Shown here piece after piece: positions 8,602-18,345 of a stretch of 64,000 nucleotides of DNA. The DNA is from Flavobacteriaceae bacterium (GTDB taxonomy: Bacteria > Bacteroidota > Bacteroidia > Flavobacteriales > Flavobacteriaceae): positions 54,825-118,824 of the forward strand of contig JBMYWH010000004.1 of assembly GCA_049607205.1 (NCBI GenBank), read 5' to 3'. The stretch's first letter is position 1. The number at the start of each line of letters is the position of its first letter. The position numbers and the translations under genes are program-made. The notes beneath the pieces are model-generated. The model was not told where the DNA came from. It did no database searches and saw only the letters and a program-made list of their open reading frames with translations.

Positions 8602-9132
8602 ATGAAAAAATTATTCTTTTTTGCCATTCTGATGGCAACTGCCCTAATGACAACCGACGTTGAAGCACAAAAATTTCCTGGATTAGATAAGAGTCCACAT
8701 GATGTGGCGTCTTTTCCAAGACAGAGCCCTGTGGTGAAAGTAGTTTATGGAAGACCTCAGTTAAAAGGAAGAGACCTAGAAACGCTGGCTCCTTCTGGAA
8801 AAGTATGGAGAACTGGAGCCAATGAGGCGACAGAAATTACCTTTAAAAGAGATGTGAATTTCGGAGGAAAGATGGTTAAAGCTGGTACTTATAGCTTGTT
8901 TACTATTCCTGCTGACGGGACTGCTGATTGGACTATTATTTTGAACACTGATACTGATGTGTGGGGAGCTTATTCTTATGATGTTTCTAAGGATGTTGCA
9001 CGTGTTAATGGAAAACAAACTGTTTCTACCGAGCCTATTGAGGCTTTCTCTGTTGCTTTCACTGGAGATGCAACAAACATGACTATGCACCTTGCCTGGG
9101 GTAATAAAGTGGTGAGTGTAGACATTCAATAA
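8602..9132 (+). CDS. DUF2911-like secreted protein
   Basis: Signal peptide (VEA|QKF). WRTGANEATEITF and GTYSLFTIP motifs recalled from DUF2911 proteins. Confidence 0.65.
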   Translation: MKKLFFFAILMATALMTTDVEAQKFPGLDKSPHDVASFPRQSPVVKVVYGRPQLKGRDLETLAPSGKVWRTGANEATEITFKRDVNFGGKMVKAGTYSLFTIPADGTADWTIILNTDTDVWGAYSYDVSKDVARVNGKQTVSTEPIEAFSVAFTGDATNMTMHLAWGNKVVSVDIQ

Positions 9133-9150
9133 GTCTATTAAAAAATATTT

Positions 9151-9184
9151 AAAGCCTTAACTCCTTGAGTTAGGGCTTTTTTTT
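9151..9184 (+). terminator. Rho-independent terminator
   Basis: AGCCTTAACTC / GAGTTAGGGCT stem (one G-U), 3-nt loop, T8 run 9177-9184. Confidence 0.75.
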
Positions 9185-9219
9185 GGTTTTTATTAAGCGC
9201 TTATATGGCTTAGAAATGT

Positions 9220-9227
9220 TAAATTTG
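9220..9227 (+). promoter_or_regulatory. Bacteroidota -7 promoter box for leuS
   Basis: TAAATTTG, 36 nt upstream of ATG 9264. Confidence 0.45.
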
Positions 9228-9263
9228 TGGCTGAAATACTAATGAAGATCCATTTACAAGGGA

Positions 9264-12098
9264 ATGAAATACAATTTTAACGAAATCGAACAACGCTGGC
9301 AGGGGTACTGGGCAAAGAACGGAACTTTTTATGCTGAAGAAAACTCAAGTAAACCTAAGTATTATGTCTTAGATATGTTTCCTTATCCATCGGGAGCAGG
9401 ATTGCATGTTGGGCATCCTCTAGGTTATATTGCCTCTGATATTTATTCAAGATATAAGCGCTTAAAGGGCTTTAATGTATTACACCCTCAAGGTTATGAT
9501 TCTTTTGGTCTACCAGCAGAGCAATATGCCATCCAAACTGGACAGCATCCTGCAATTACGACCAAAACTAATATTGAGACTTATAGACGTCAGTTAGATA
9601 AAATTGGTTTTTCATTTGATTGGTCTAAGGAGGTTCGTACTTCTGATCCCGCTTATTATAAGTGGACTCAATGGATTTTTGGATTAGTTTTTGAATCTTG
9701 GTATGACAATAAAGAAGATAAAGCTCGTCCAATTACTGAGCTTGTCTCTATCTTTGAACAAGGTGGTAATGCTCAAATCAATGCGGTTTGTGATGAAGAT
9801 TTACCTGAGTTTTCTGCAGATGAGTGGAAGGCTTTTTCTTCGAAGGAACAATCAGATATCTTATTGGGGTATCGTTTGACCTACCTTTCAGAAACCGAAG
9901 TGAACTGGTGCCCTGCATTGGGAACTGTATTAGCGAATGACGAAATTATTAATGGACTTTCTGAACGTGGAGGTCATCCTGTAGTTCGTAAAAAAATGAT
10001 GCAATGGTCGATGAGAATTTCGGCTTATGCACAACGTCTGTTAGATGGCTTGGAAGGTTTAGATTGGCCTCAGCCTCTAAAAGATTCTCAAACTAATTGG
10101 ATAGGTAGATCTCAAGGAGCTATGGTCTCTTTTGAAATTGACCCTCAATATACCGAAGGTAGTTCAAAGAAGATTGAAGTTTTCACAACCCGTCCTGACA
10201 CCATTTATGGAGTTTCTTTTATGACTCTTGCTCCTGAACTTGATTTAGTTCAAGAGATTTGTACCGAAGAACAGCGTGGAGCCGTTCAAGAGTATATCGA
10301 GAAGACAGCTAAGAGAAGTGAACGTGAACGTATGGCTGATGTGAAAACTATTTCTGGAGTTTTCACGGGAGCTTATGCTTTACACCCATTTACTGGAGCT
10401 CAAATCCCAATTTGGATTGGTGATTATGTATTAGCTAATTATGGAACTGGAGCTGTTATGGCTGTGCCATGTGGAGATCAACGTGATTATGACTTCGCAA
10501 AGCATTTTGATTTGCCAATTCCTAATATTTTTAAAGATACTGATATTTCAGAGGAAGCTTTTGCGGATAAAGACGCGACGGTAATTAGCAATTCTGATTT
10601 CTTATCTGACCTGCCTTATAAAAAGGCGATGAAACGAGTGATTTTTGAACTTGAGTCTCGTGGAATCGGTTATGGTAAGATTAATTATAGATTAAGAGAT
10701 GCTGTGTTTTCGAGACAGCGTTATTGGGGAGAGCCTTTCCCTATATATTATAAAGATGGTCAACCTCAATTAATTGAGAGAGAGCATTTACCGGTTATCT
10801 TGCCTGAAGTTGAGAAGTATCTGCCTACAGAAGATGGGAAACCACCTTTAGGAAATGCTGAAGTATGGGCATGGGATATAGAGAAAAAAGCTGTAGTAGA
10901 CAATGATCAAATCAATGGAGAAACGGTTTTTGCCATGGAGCTTAATACCATGCCTGGATGGGCTGGTTCTTCTTGGTATTTCAATCGCTATATGGATGCG
11001 ATCAACCAGGATGAGTTTGCGAGTAAGAAATCATTGGAATATTGGAAAGAAGTAGATTTATATATCGGAGGTTCTGAGCATGCTACGGGGCATTTGTTGT
11101 ATGCTAGGTTCTGGCAAAAGATCTTATTCGATTTAGGTTTTGTCCCAGTGGATGAATTTGCTAAAAAACTGATCAATCAAGGTATGATTCTTGGAACTTC
11201 TGCCTTTGTTTATCGTTTGGAAGGAACGGATGTTTTTGTTTCTAAGAACCTGATCAATGGGCGTTCGGTTCAAGCAATTCACGTAGACGTTTCCCTAGTG
11301 AACGCATCTGATGAGTTGGATGTAGAAGGGTTCAAAAACCACCCTTTAAATCAAGATTTCAGAAATGCAATATTTGAATTAGAAGAAGGACAATATATCG
11401 TAGGCCGTGAGGTGGAGAAGATGTCTAAGTCTAAGTATAATGTGGTGAATCCTGATCAGATTTGTGAGGATTATGGTGCGGATAGTTTGAGAATGTTTGA
11501 AATGTTCTTAGGGCCTTTAGAGCAAGCTAAGCCATGGAATACTGCAGGGATTTCTGGAGTTCATTCCTTTTTGAAGAAGCTTTGGAAATTGTATTATAAA
11601 GAAGATCAATTTGTGGTGCAGGATGTGCCGGCCTCAAAGGATTCTATGAAGACCCTTCATAAAACCATTAAAAAAGTTGCTGAGGATATTGAGAATTTCT
11701 CTTTTAATACTTCGGTTAGTACATTTATGATTGCGGTTAATGAATTAGGAGCTCAGAAATGTGTGTCAAGAGAAGTTCTTGAACCACTTTTAGTGTTAAT
11801 TTCACCTTATGCTCCGCATATTACTGAGGAGTTATGGAGTAAATTGGGGCATAACGAATCAATTAGTTTTGCTTCTTACCCGGAATTCGATGCTTCTTAC
11901 TTAGTGGAAAGTAGTAAGGAATATCCAGTTTCATTTAATGGTAAAATGAGATTTAAGTTAGAATTACCAATGGATTATTCTAAAGAACAAATTGAACAGG
12001 CTGTGATGTCTCATGAAAAGACTCAAGCTCAGTTACAGGGAAGAACTCCTAAGAAAATAATCATTGTTCCAGGGAAAATCGTTAATATAGTAGGTTAA
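9264..12098 (+). CDS. leuS: leucine--tRNA ligase
   Basis: HVGHPLGY (HIGH) and KMSKS motifs, CP1 editing insertion, 944 aa. Confidence 0.97.
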   Translation: MKYNFNEIEQRWQGYWAKNGTFYAEENSSKPKYYVLDMFPYPSGAGLHVGHPLGYIASDIYSRYKRLKGFNVLHPQGYDSFGLPAEQYAIQTGQHPAITTKTNIETYRRQLDKIGFSFDWSKEVRTSDPAYYKWTQWIFGLVFESWYDNKEDKARPITELVSIFEQGGNAQINAVCDEDLPEFSADEWKAFSSKEQSDILLGYRLTYLSETEVNWCPALGTVLANDEIINGLSERGGHPVVRKKMMQWSMRISAYAQRLLDGLEGLDWPQPLKDSQTNWIGRSQGAMVSFEIDPQYTEGSSKKIEVFTTRPDTIYGVSFMTLAPELDLVQEICTEEQRGAVQEYIEKTAKRSERERMADVKTISGVFTGAYALHPFTGAQIPIWIGDYVLANYGTGAVMAVPCGDQRDYDFAKHFDLPIPNIFKDTDISEEAFADKDATVISNSDFLSDLPYKKAMKRVIFELESRGIGYGKINYRLRDAVFSRQRYWGEPFPIYYKDGQPQLIEREHLPVILPEVEKYLPTEDGKPPLGNAEVWAWDIEKKAVVDNDQINGETVFAMELNTMPGWAGSSWYFNRYMDAINQDEFASKKSLEYWKEVDLYIGGSEHATGHLLYARFWQKILFDLGFVPVDEFAKKLINQGMILGTSAFVYRLEGTDVFVSKNLINGRSVQAIHVDVSLVNASDELDVEGFKNHPLNQDFRNAIFELEEGQYIVGREVEKMSKSKYNVVNPDQICEDYGADSLRMFEMFLGPLEQAKPWNTAGISGVHSFLKKLWKLYYKEDQFVVQDVPASKDSMKTLHKTIKKVAEDIENFSFNTSVSTFMIAVNELGAQKCVSREVLEPLLVLISPYAPHITEELWSKLGHNESISFASYPEFDASYLVESSKEYPVSFNGKMRFKLELPMDYSKEQIEQAVMSHEKTQAQLQGRTPKKIIIVPGKIVNIVG

Positions 12099-12111
12099 AC
12101 CTACCAAGTTT

Positions 12112-13566
12112 ATGAGTCAAAGAAGGTTCTCTTTAAGATATAGAATATTCATCTCCATGACATTTTTGATCGTGTTGATGTCTATCTTAGTGGCTGCACT
12201 TTCTTATTTCAAATTTACTCGAGAACAGGAAGAATACTCTAAGTCAAGACTTTTAAGAAAAGAGGAGTCGACGAAATTGCATATAAGAATTGAACTTGAA
12301 GAACATGCTAAATATGCTATAAAAACAGAGAATCTTCCTAAGATTTTTAAGACTAGAATCTACGATGTTTCTAAGGTTCATAACCTTGATGTAGCTTTTT
12401 ATGATTTGAGAGGGAAGTTGTTGATTTCTTCTGTGGTATCCTTTGAAAACACACCAGAGAAACTACAATTACCCCTTGATGTTGTGACTCAATTGAAAAG
12501 AGTAGATCCGGCAAGAATCACTGGGGCTCAAGATATAGATGATCACAAGGAGTTACAGTATTCCTATTCTTATATTTTAGATTCTGACTATAACCCTATT
12601 GCAATTTTAAAATTGCAGTATACTCAAGATAATACCAAAAGTGAGGATGAGTTAAAGGAGTTCTTAGGTCAATTGGCCTTAGTATATCTGGCAATGTTAG
12701 TTGTAGGTATAGCCTTAGCTTATTTTATCGCAAGTTATATTACCGGTTCTTTAAAGGAAATTTCGGAGAAGATTCGCGGTACTGGAATTGATCGTAGGAA
12801 TGAAAAGGTACATTTGGATAATGCATCTTTAGAGGTATATACCTTGATTGAATCCTATAATAGGATGGTGGATGATCTAGAGGATAGTGCAGCCCAGTTA
12901 GCAAAAAGTGAGCGAGAGCAAGCTTGGAAGGAAATGGCTAAACAAGTGGCGCATGAGATTAAGAATCCATTGACTCCAATGCGTTTGACGGTTCAAAGTT
13001 TTGAGAGACGATTTGATCCAGAGGACCCTAAGGTGATCGAAAAACTAAAAGAGTTTTGCGATAGTTTAGTGGAGCAAATCGATGTGATGAGTTCTATTGC
13101 TTCGGCTTTTTCGGATTTTGCTAAGATGCCTAGTCAGAAAACGGAGACCTTAAATGTAGTGAGCGTAGTTCGAAGATCTCTCGAGATTTTTCAAGAAGGT
13201 TATATCTCGTTTCAAGCGGATGAAGATGTTATTGAGGCTGATTTGGATAGAACACAATTGATTCGTGTGATTACTAACTTAGTTACTAATGCACTACATG
13301 CTGTTGAGGACAATGTTGATCCAAGAATTTTGATTAAGGTCTATAGCTATAAGGATCGAGTTTTAGTTGATGTGATTGATAATGGAAAAGGAATTTCGGA
13401 AGAGTTCAAAGGCTTGATTTTTGAGCCTAAGTTTACTACAAAAAGTAGTGGAATGGGACTTGGACTTCCGATGGTCAAGAATATAATTGAAACCTATGGT
13501 GGAAGTATTTCCTTTGTTTCCAAAAAAGGAATAGGGACTACTTTTACGATAAGTTTACCTAAATAA
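12112..13566 (+). CDS. sensor histidine kinase (orphan)
   Basis: Two TM segments around a roughly 150-aa external region. H-box AHEIKNPLTPM and ATPase boxes NLVTNALHA, DNGKGI, GMGLGL. No response regulator adjacent. Confidence 0.85.
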   Translation: MSQRRFSLRYRIFISMTFLIVLMSILVAALSYFKFTREQEEYSKSRLLRKEESTKLHIRIELEEHAKYAIKTENLPKIFKTRIYDVSKVHNLDVAFYDLRGKLLISSVVSFENTPEKLQLPLDVVTQLKRVDPARITGAQDIDDHKELQYSYSYILDSDYNPIAILKLQYTQDNTKSEDELKEFLGQLALVYLAMLVVGIALAYFIASYITGSLKEISEKIRGTGIDRRNEKVHLDNASLEVYTLIESYNRMVDDLEDSAAQLAKSEREQAWKEMAKQVAHEIKNPLTPMRLTVQSFERRFDPEDPKVIEKLKEFCDSLVEQIDVMSSIASAFSDFAKMPSQKTETLNVVSVVRRSLEIFQEGYISFQADEDVIEADLDRTQLIRVITNLVTNALHAVEDNVDPRILIKVYSYKDRVLVDVIDNGKGISEEFKGLIFEPKFTTKSSGMGLGLPMVKNIIETYGGSISFVSKKGIGTTFTISLPK

Positions 13567-13571
13567 TAGAT

Positions 13572-14345
13572 ATGGATTTTGAGAATTTATTAGTCGAATT
13601 AGAAGGAAATTTGGCATGGATTACAATCAACCGACCAAAAAAACTGAACGCTCTTAATAAAGCAACTATTGCTGAATTAGGACAGGCATTTAAAGCTTTA
13701 GAAGCCAACCAAGATGTAAGAGTAATTATGTTGAGGGGGAGTGGAGAGAAGGCTTTTGTGGCAGGAGCAGATATTTCTGAGTTTTCTACATTTTCTGTAG
13801 CACAAGGGAAAGAATTAGCAGCTAAAGGACATGCGGAGCTTTTTGATTTGGTTCAAAATCTATCTACACCGGTTATTGCTGCTGTAAATGGTTATGCCTT
13901 GGGTGGAGGATTAGAATTGGCAATGTCTTGTCATATTCGTATTGCTTCTGACAACGCTAAACTAGGACTTCCCGAGGTGACTCTTGGACTAATTCCTGGT
14001 TATGGAGGTACACAGCGTTTAGCTCAATTAGTTGGAAAAGGTAGAGCGCTTGAGATGATTCTTTCGGCTCAAATGATTGGAGCGGATAAGGCTTTAGATA
14101 TGGGGCTGGTAAATCACGTGGTGGCTTTAGATGAATTAAAATCAACTTGTGAAGGACTAGCGAAGTCTATCGCTAAAAATTCCCCTCAAGGAATTGCTGC
14201 AGCTATTGCTTCGGTAAATGCAGGATTCGAAGAAGGAGTAAATGGATATGAAGCTGAGATTGATGCCTTCGGAACTTGTTTCGGAACTGAAGATTTCAAA
14301 GAAGGTACTACTGCATTTCTTGAAAAGAGAAAACCTAATTTTTAA
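13572..14345 (+). CDS. enoyl-CoA hydratase/isomerase (crotonase) family protein
   Basis: Crotonase motifs FVAGADISEF and GYALGGGLELAMSC, 257 aa. Confidence 0.88.
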   Translation: MDFENLLVELEGNLAWITINRPKKLNALNKATIAELGQAFKALEANQDVRVIMLRGSGEKAFVAGADISEFSTFSVAQGKELAAKGHAELFDLVQNLSTPVIAAVNGYALGGGLELAMSCHIRIASDNAKLGLPEVTLGLIPGYGGTQRLAQLVGKGRALEMILSAQMIGADKALDMGLVNHVVALDELKSTCEGLAKSIAKNSPQGIAAAIASVNAGFEEGVNGYEAEIDAFGTCFGTEDFKEGTTAFLEKRKPNF

Positions 14346-14734
14346 GGATAAACGGTCTTACAAGATCCGTTTTCTAAAATAACTTGACTTGGGGCAACTA
14401 CAAAAGAGCAATCTGATGTAATGCCCCATTTTTTATTAAAGGCACTTTCTTGTTCTGTGTAATTAGTAACGAGCTTCTCTAGTTGCACTTGGTCAATACT
14501 TGCAGGGTATGCCAGATATATTTGTGGTCCTCCGCATGCTTTTGAACCTAGGGCAATGCTTTTACATACCGTTGTTTCGGTTGTAGGATGATTTTTTACA
14601 AAAGCCAAAATCTTCTGATATTGTTGATCAAGAGCATTTTGCTCAGCCTCTTGGTTTGAGATTATATCTTTGTTTGAATCACAGGAACTAAGAAGTCCTA
14701 TAAGGCTCAAAATAATTAGCGCTTTCCTTCCCAT
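14342..14734 (-). CDS. hypothetical lipoprotein
   Basis: Lipobox LLSSC, then a 110-aa Cys-containing mature part. No family recognised. Overlaps the upstream HD gene by 19 nt. Confidence 0.55.
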   Translation of the reverse strand: MGRKALIILSLIGLLSSCDSNKDIISNQEAEQNALDQQYQKILAFVKNHPTTETTVCKSIALGSKACGGPQIYLAYPASIDQVQLEKLVTNYTEQESAFNKKWGITSDCSFVVAPSQVILENGSCKTVYP

Positions 14735-15363
14735 TCTTGATAAAATTGATTTAAAAATTCTAACATATATTCATGTCTGGCTTCTGCAATTTCCTTTGCA
14801 GCAGCAGTGTGCATTTTATCCTTTAAAAGCAGAAGTTTTTCGTAAAAATGATTGATTGTTGGTGCTTGTGAATTTTTGTACTCTTCCTTAGTCATGTTGA
14901 GTTTAGGAGGAATACTTGGATCATATAATGGACGATTCTTGAATCCCCCATAGTTAAAACATCTTGCAATACCGATAGCGCCTATTGCGTCTAGACGATC
15001 TGCATCTTGAATGATTCGTAGCTCTGGACTATCGAATTCTCTTGAGAAGTTACCTCCTTTATAAGAGACGTTTTCTATGATTTTTACGACATGCGCTATA
15101 GTTGTTTCCCTTACTTGCTGACCTTCTAAGAATTCACGCGCTACTCGAGGTCCTACAGTTTCATCTCCATTGTGAAACTTGCTGTCAGCGATATCGTGTA
15201 ATAGGGCTCCAAGAGCTATCACTTCGGGATCGGCTTGTTCCTTTTTATTGATGAGTAGGGCATTATTGTAGACCCTTTCTATATGGAAGTAATCATGTCC
15301 TCCTTCAGCTCCTTGAAGACTGTTTTTGACAAATTCTTTTGTGGTTTGAATCAAATTTTTCAT
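14716..15363 (-). CDS. HD-domain phosphohydrolase (YedJ-like)
   Basis: HD motif LHDIADSK plus a second DADRLDA motif, 215 aa. Confidence 0.8.
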   Translation of the reverse strand: MKNLIQTTKEFVKNSLQGAEGGHDYFHIERVYNNALLINKKEQADPEVIALGALLHDIADSKFHNGDETVGPRVAREFLEGQQVRETTIAHVVKIIENVSYKGGNFSREFDSPELRIIQDADRLDAIGAIGIARCFNYGGFKNRPLYDPSIPPKLNMTKEEYKNSQAPTINHFYEKLLLLKDKMHTAAAKEIAEARHEYMLEFLNQFYQEWEGKR

Positions 15364-15392
15364 AAAAAAAAAACACCGCTATTTAGCGGTGT
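15364..15392 (-). terminator. Rho-independent terminator of the bacilliredoxin gene
   Basis: ACACCGCT (15373-15380) / AGCGGTGT (15385-15392). The plus-strand A10 run (15364-15373) gives a U-run on the minus strand. Confidence 0.7.
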
Positions 15393-15414
15393 TAAAGTAG
15401 TGTTTTTTTTCTGA

Positions 15415-15825
15415 CTAGCAGAACTCTTCATAAGCTCCAGCAAGGTTTTGGGCGATTTCGCCTGCAACTCTACCTTCGATATGATGACGCTCTAACATGT
15501 GAACTAACTCACCGTCTTTGAAAAGTGCAATACTTGGAGACGACGGAGGAAAAGGAAGCATAAGCTCTCTTGCTCTTGTCGTTGCATCTGTATCAACTCC
15601 TGCAAAAACTGTAGTCAAATGATCAGGTTTTTTATCTACCATTAATGAGTGTAAAACTCCTGGTCTAGCCGCACCTGCTGCACATCCACAAACAGAGTTC
15701 ACAACTACTAGAGTTGTTCCCTTTTCTGCGATTGCATGATCAACTGCTTCTACTGAATGTAATTCTTGAAACCCTGCTTGAGTTAATTCCTCACGCATTG
15801 GTTTAACTAATTCTGGTGGGTACAT
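15415..15825 (-). CDS. BrxA/BrxB-family bacilliredoxin (DUF1094, YphP/YqiW-like)
   Basis: Redox motif NSVCGCAAG, 136 aa, thioredoxin-like. Confidence 0.8.
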   Translation of the reverse strand: MYPPELVKPMREELTQAGFQELHSVEAVDHAIAEKGTTLVVVNSVCGCAAGAARPGVLHSLMVDKKPDHLTTVFAGVDTDATTRARELMLPFPPSSPSIALFKDGELVHMLERHHIEGRVAGEIAQNLAGAYEEFC

Positions 15826-15842
15826 AATATTATAATTTTATA

Positions 15843-15850
15843 CAAAGATA
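15843..15850 (-). promoter_or_regulatory. Bacteroidota -7 promoter box for the bacilliredoxin gene
   Basis: Minus-strand TATCTTTG, 17 nt upstream of the ATG (15823-15825). Confidence 0.45.
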
Positions 15851-15919
15851 CATAACAAGTCGTGGGATTCAAGGTTTTAATAAATTTATTATTTATGGAA
15901 TCATAGCTAAAGTTTATCT

Positions 15920-15927
15920 TATCTTTG
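15920..15927 (+). promoter_or_regulatory. Bacteroidota -7 promoter box for the DjlA-like gene
   Basis: TATCTTTG, 21 nt upstream of ATG 15949. Same octamer as the divergent promoter at 15843-15850. Confidence 0.45.
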
Positions 15928-15948
15928 AGGCTTTTAAAATATGAATTG

Positions 15949-16695
15949 ATGGGAAGTTTTGTGAAGTTTTTAGGTGCAAGTATTGGATGGGGGCTAGGAG
16001 GTCCGCTTGGTGCAATACTTGGGTATGCTCTTGGGAATATGGTTGATTTGTTTAGTTCCAAGGATGTCGATGAGGCTTTTTCTAAAGCTAAACGTCATGA
16101 GGGACAAAACCACCCTGGAGATTTTGAGGTATCTCTCTTAGTCTTGTCATCTTTAGTTATTAAAGCGGATGGGAAAGTGGATCAAAGAGAGTTGGATTAT
16201 GTACGGTCTTATTTTGTGCAGATGTACGGAAAAGATAGGGCAAATGCGGCATTTAGGTTGTTTAAAGAAATAGTTAAGAATAAAAATATAAATACTGCTC
16301 AGGTTTGTGCGCAGATTCGCGTGCACCTCAATCCAGCTTCACGCTTGCAATTGATTCATTTTCTTTTTGGGATCGCTAAGGCTGATGGTCAAATACAGGA
16401 GAGTGAAGAGGGTATGATACATACAATATCTAATTATTTTTATATAAGTGCTCACGATTACCAAAGTGTTAAAGCTATGTTTTTTAAGAGTACAGATTCG
16501 GCTTATGTAATTCTCGAAATCACAAAAGATGCTAGCGACGCTGAGGTGAAAAAGGCCTACCGTAAAATGGTGAAAAAATACCATCCTGATCGCCTTGTTG
16601 GTTTGGGTGATGAGGCTCAAAAGGGTGGGAAACAGAAGTTTATTGAAGTTCAAAAGGCATATGAAGCTATTGTTGAAGAACGCAAAATGAATTAA
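15949..16695 (+). CDS. DjlA-like co-chaperone (TerB-like domain + C-terminal J domain)
   Basis: Gly-rich N-terminal TM, TerB-like middle, J domain with HPD (KKAYRKMVKKYHPDR). The ORF-track TTG 15925 lies inside the -7 box, so ATG 15949 is preferred. Confidence 0.8.
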   Translation: MGSFVKFLGASIGWGLGGPLGAILGYALGNMVDLFSSKDVDEAFSKAKRHEGQNHPGDFEVSLLVLSSLVIKADGKVDQRELDYVRSYFVQMYGKDRANAAFRLFKEIVKNKNINTAQVCAQIRVHLNPASRLQLIHFLFGIAKADGQIQESEEGMIHTISNYFYISAHDYQSVKAMFFKSTDSAYVILEITKDASDAEVKKAYRKMVKKYHPDRLVGLGDEAQKGGKQKFIEVQKAYEAIVEERKMN

Positions 16696-16741
16696 TTTGG
16701 TATTATTTTAGTATATTAGCTTTATTAAACCCCTAAGTGTT

Positions 16742-18328
16742 GTGAATTACCTTCTGAGAAATATTTTTTCTTTTACTTTTTTGCTGATTTTCAGCTTGAC
16801 ATTAGGTGCTCAAAATCAACCTAGTTTTGAGGTGCATAACTTGTCAATCAACGATACTTATTCAAATTTCGGGACGGCCTTTTATGGTGAGGAAAACCTT
16901 GTGTTTTCGTCAACGAAGGGACGAGGGATGACTGCTTGGGTGAATCCAGATAATCAAAATGTGTTTTACCATTTGTATATTGGAACAATTAAAGAAGAGT
17001 CCGCAGTAGAGGATATCAAAAGATTTAAGCCATCTTTTCTTTCGAACTTTCACGAATCTAATTTAGTTTTTAGTCAAGATCTTAATGAAGTTTATATCAC
17101 TCAAAGTAACCAAAAAGAAGGTGTGTATGTTGAAGGGAGCCAAGGAGCTGTTAGCTTGAAGGTATATAAATCAACGAAAGATGCTTCTGGTAAATGGGGG
17201 CCTATGGTTGATTTGCCTTTTAATAATGATCACTATTCCGTAGCCCATCCAACGCTAAGTGCTGATGGGAAGACATTGTATGTAGCTTCAGATAAACCTG
17301 GAGCTTATGGGGAGACTGATTTGTATAGAGTCGCTATTCATGAGGATGGTAGCTATGGACCTATGGTGAACCTGGGGCCTTTAGTAAATACAAAATTTAA
17401 AGAGTCTTTTCCTTTTATTGGTTCAAACGAAGTTCTTTACTTTTCTTCAGATCGCCCCGGAGGAATGGGAGGACTTGATATTTATGCCTCTAAGTTGATT
17501 CAGAATTATTATTCTGAACCTGTAAGTTTAGAATTTCCGATTAACAGTAATGAAGATGATTTCTCTTTTATCTTCAAGCCAGAAGAAAATACAGGTTATT
17601 TTTCTTCCAACCGCTCAGGTGGAAAAGGAGGGGATGATATTTATTCCTTTAAACAAACAAGTGCTTTAGATTTCAAATGTCAACAATTGGTAGAAGGTCA
17701 AATTACAGAGCTTGATGTCGTTGGTGGGCTTGCCGATATTTCAGTGGTGTTATTGGATGGATTCGGTAATGCCTTGCAGAGTACGGTAACTGATGCTGAT
17801 GGGAATTATGCCTTCGTAGTGGATTGTAGTTCTTGGTATACTGTTATGGTAAATGCTTATCAGTTTTATAAAAACGAAACTGTTGTGGAAACTTCTGAGG
17901 ATATGACTGACGCCTATGTCTACAATTTGGAGCTAGAAAGAGAGGTTGTTGTGGTAAATGAAAAAGAACAATTGAATCTGAATACTATCTTTTTTGAAGT
18001 TAACTCTTCTTATTTGACTGAGCAAGCAATGACGGAGCTGGAAAAAGTGTATGAGGTCATGCTTAAATATCCAGAAATGAAGATTGAAATAGGATCTCAT
18101 ACGGATTCAACGGCAGATGATGCTTATAATTTGTGGCTTTCGGATCGAAGAGCAAAAAGAACTAGAGATTATATAATCGATAAAGGTATAGAGGCTTCTC
18201 GTATTTCTGCAAAGGGATATGGAGAGGAGGCTGTTCTGAATAAATGCATAAATGATGTTCCTTGCTTAGAAGAAGAGCATGCAGAAAATAGAAGAAGTGA
18301 ATTTGTAATTATTAACCAAGAAGACTAG
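16742..18328 (+). CDS. PorE-like OmpA-family protein (PD40 beta-propeller repeats + carboxypeptidase-regulatory-like domain + OmpA_C)
   Basis: Signal peptide (LGA|QNQ). TolB-type repeats ([57 protein letters not shown]). CRD-like segment ([23 protein letters not shown]). OmpA_C ([30 protein letters not shown]). GTG start. Confidence 0.8.
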   Translation: MNYLLRNIFSFTFLLIFSLTLGAQNQPSFEVHNLSINDTYSNFGTAFYGEENLVFSSTKGRGMTAWVNPDNQNVFYHLYIGTIKEESAVEDIKRFKPSFLSNFHESNLVFSQDLNEVYITQSNQKEGVYVEGSQGAVSLKVYKSTKDASGKWGPMVDLPFNNDHYSVAHPTLSADGKTLYVASDKPGAYGETDLYRVAIHEDGSYGPMVNLGPLVNTKFKESFPFIGSNEVLYFSSDRPGGMGGLDIYASKLIQNYYSEPVSLEFPINSNEDDFSFIFKPEENTGYFSSNRSGGKGGDDIYSFKQTSALDFKCQQLVEGQITELDVVGGLADISVVLLDGFGNALQSTVTDADGNYAFVVDCSSWYTVMVNAYQFYKNETVVETSEDMTDAYVYNLELEREVVVVNEKEQLNLNTIFFEVNSSYLTEQAMTELEKVYEVMLKYPEMKIEIGSHTDSTADDAYNLWLSDRRAKRTRDYIIDKGIEASRISAKGYGEEAVLNKCINDVPCLEEEHAENRRSEFVIINQED

Positions 18329-18345
18329 AAAACCAAACCCCTAAG

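Noticed and set aside
8776-9129. 117-aa minus-strand ORF antisense to the DUF2911 gene. Similar antisense or alternate-frame ORFs occur at 28-243, 1224-1451, 4350-4628, 4564-4827, 6375-6638, 7551-7751, 16339-16653 and 19311-19544. More occur at 24074-25296 (four ORFs), 36020-36205, 53773-54538, 55211-55414, 56085-56485, 57673-57897 and 61113-61502.
   Set aside because: All lie inside genes with strong family signatures on the other strand or frame. They are Ser/Ile/Asn/Arg-rich in the way expected from AT-rich antisense translation, and they lack promoter boxes or conserved motifs.
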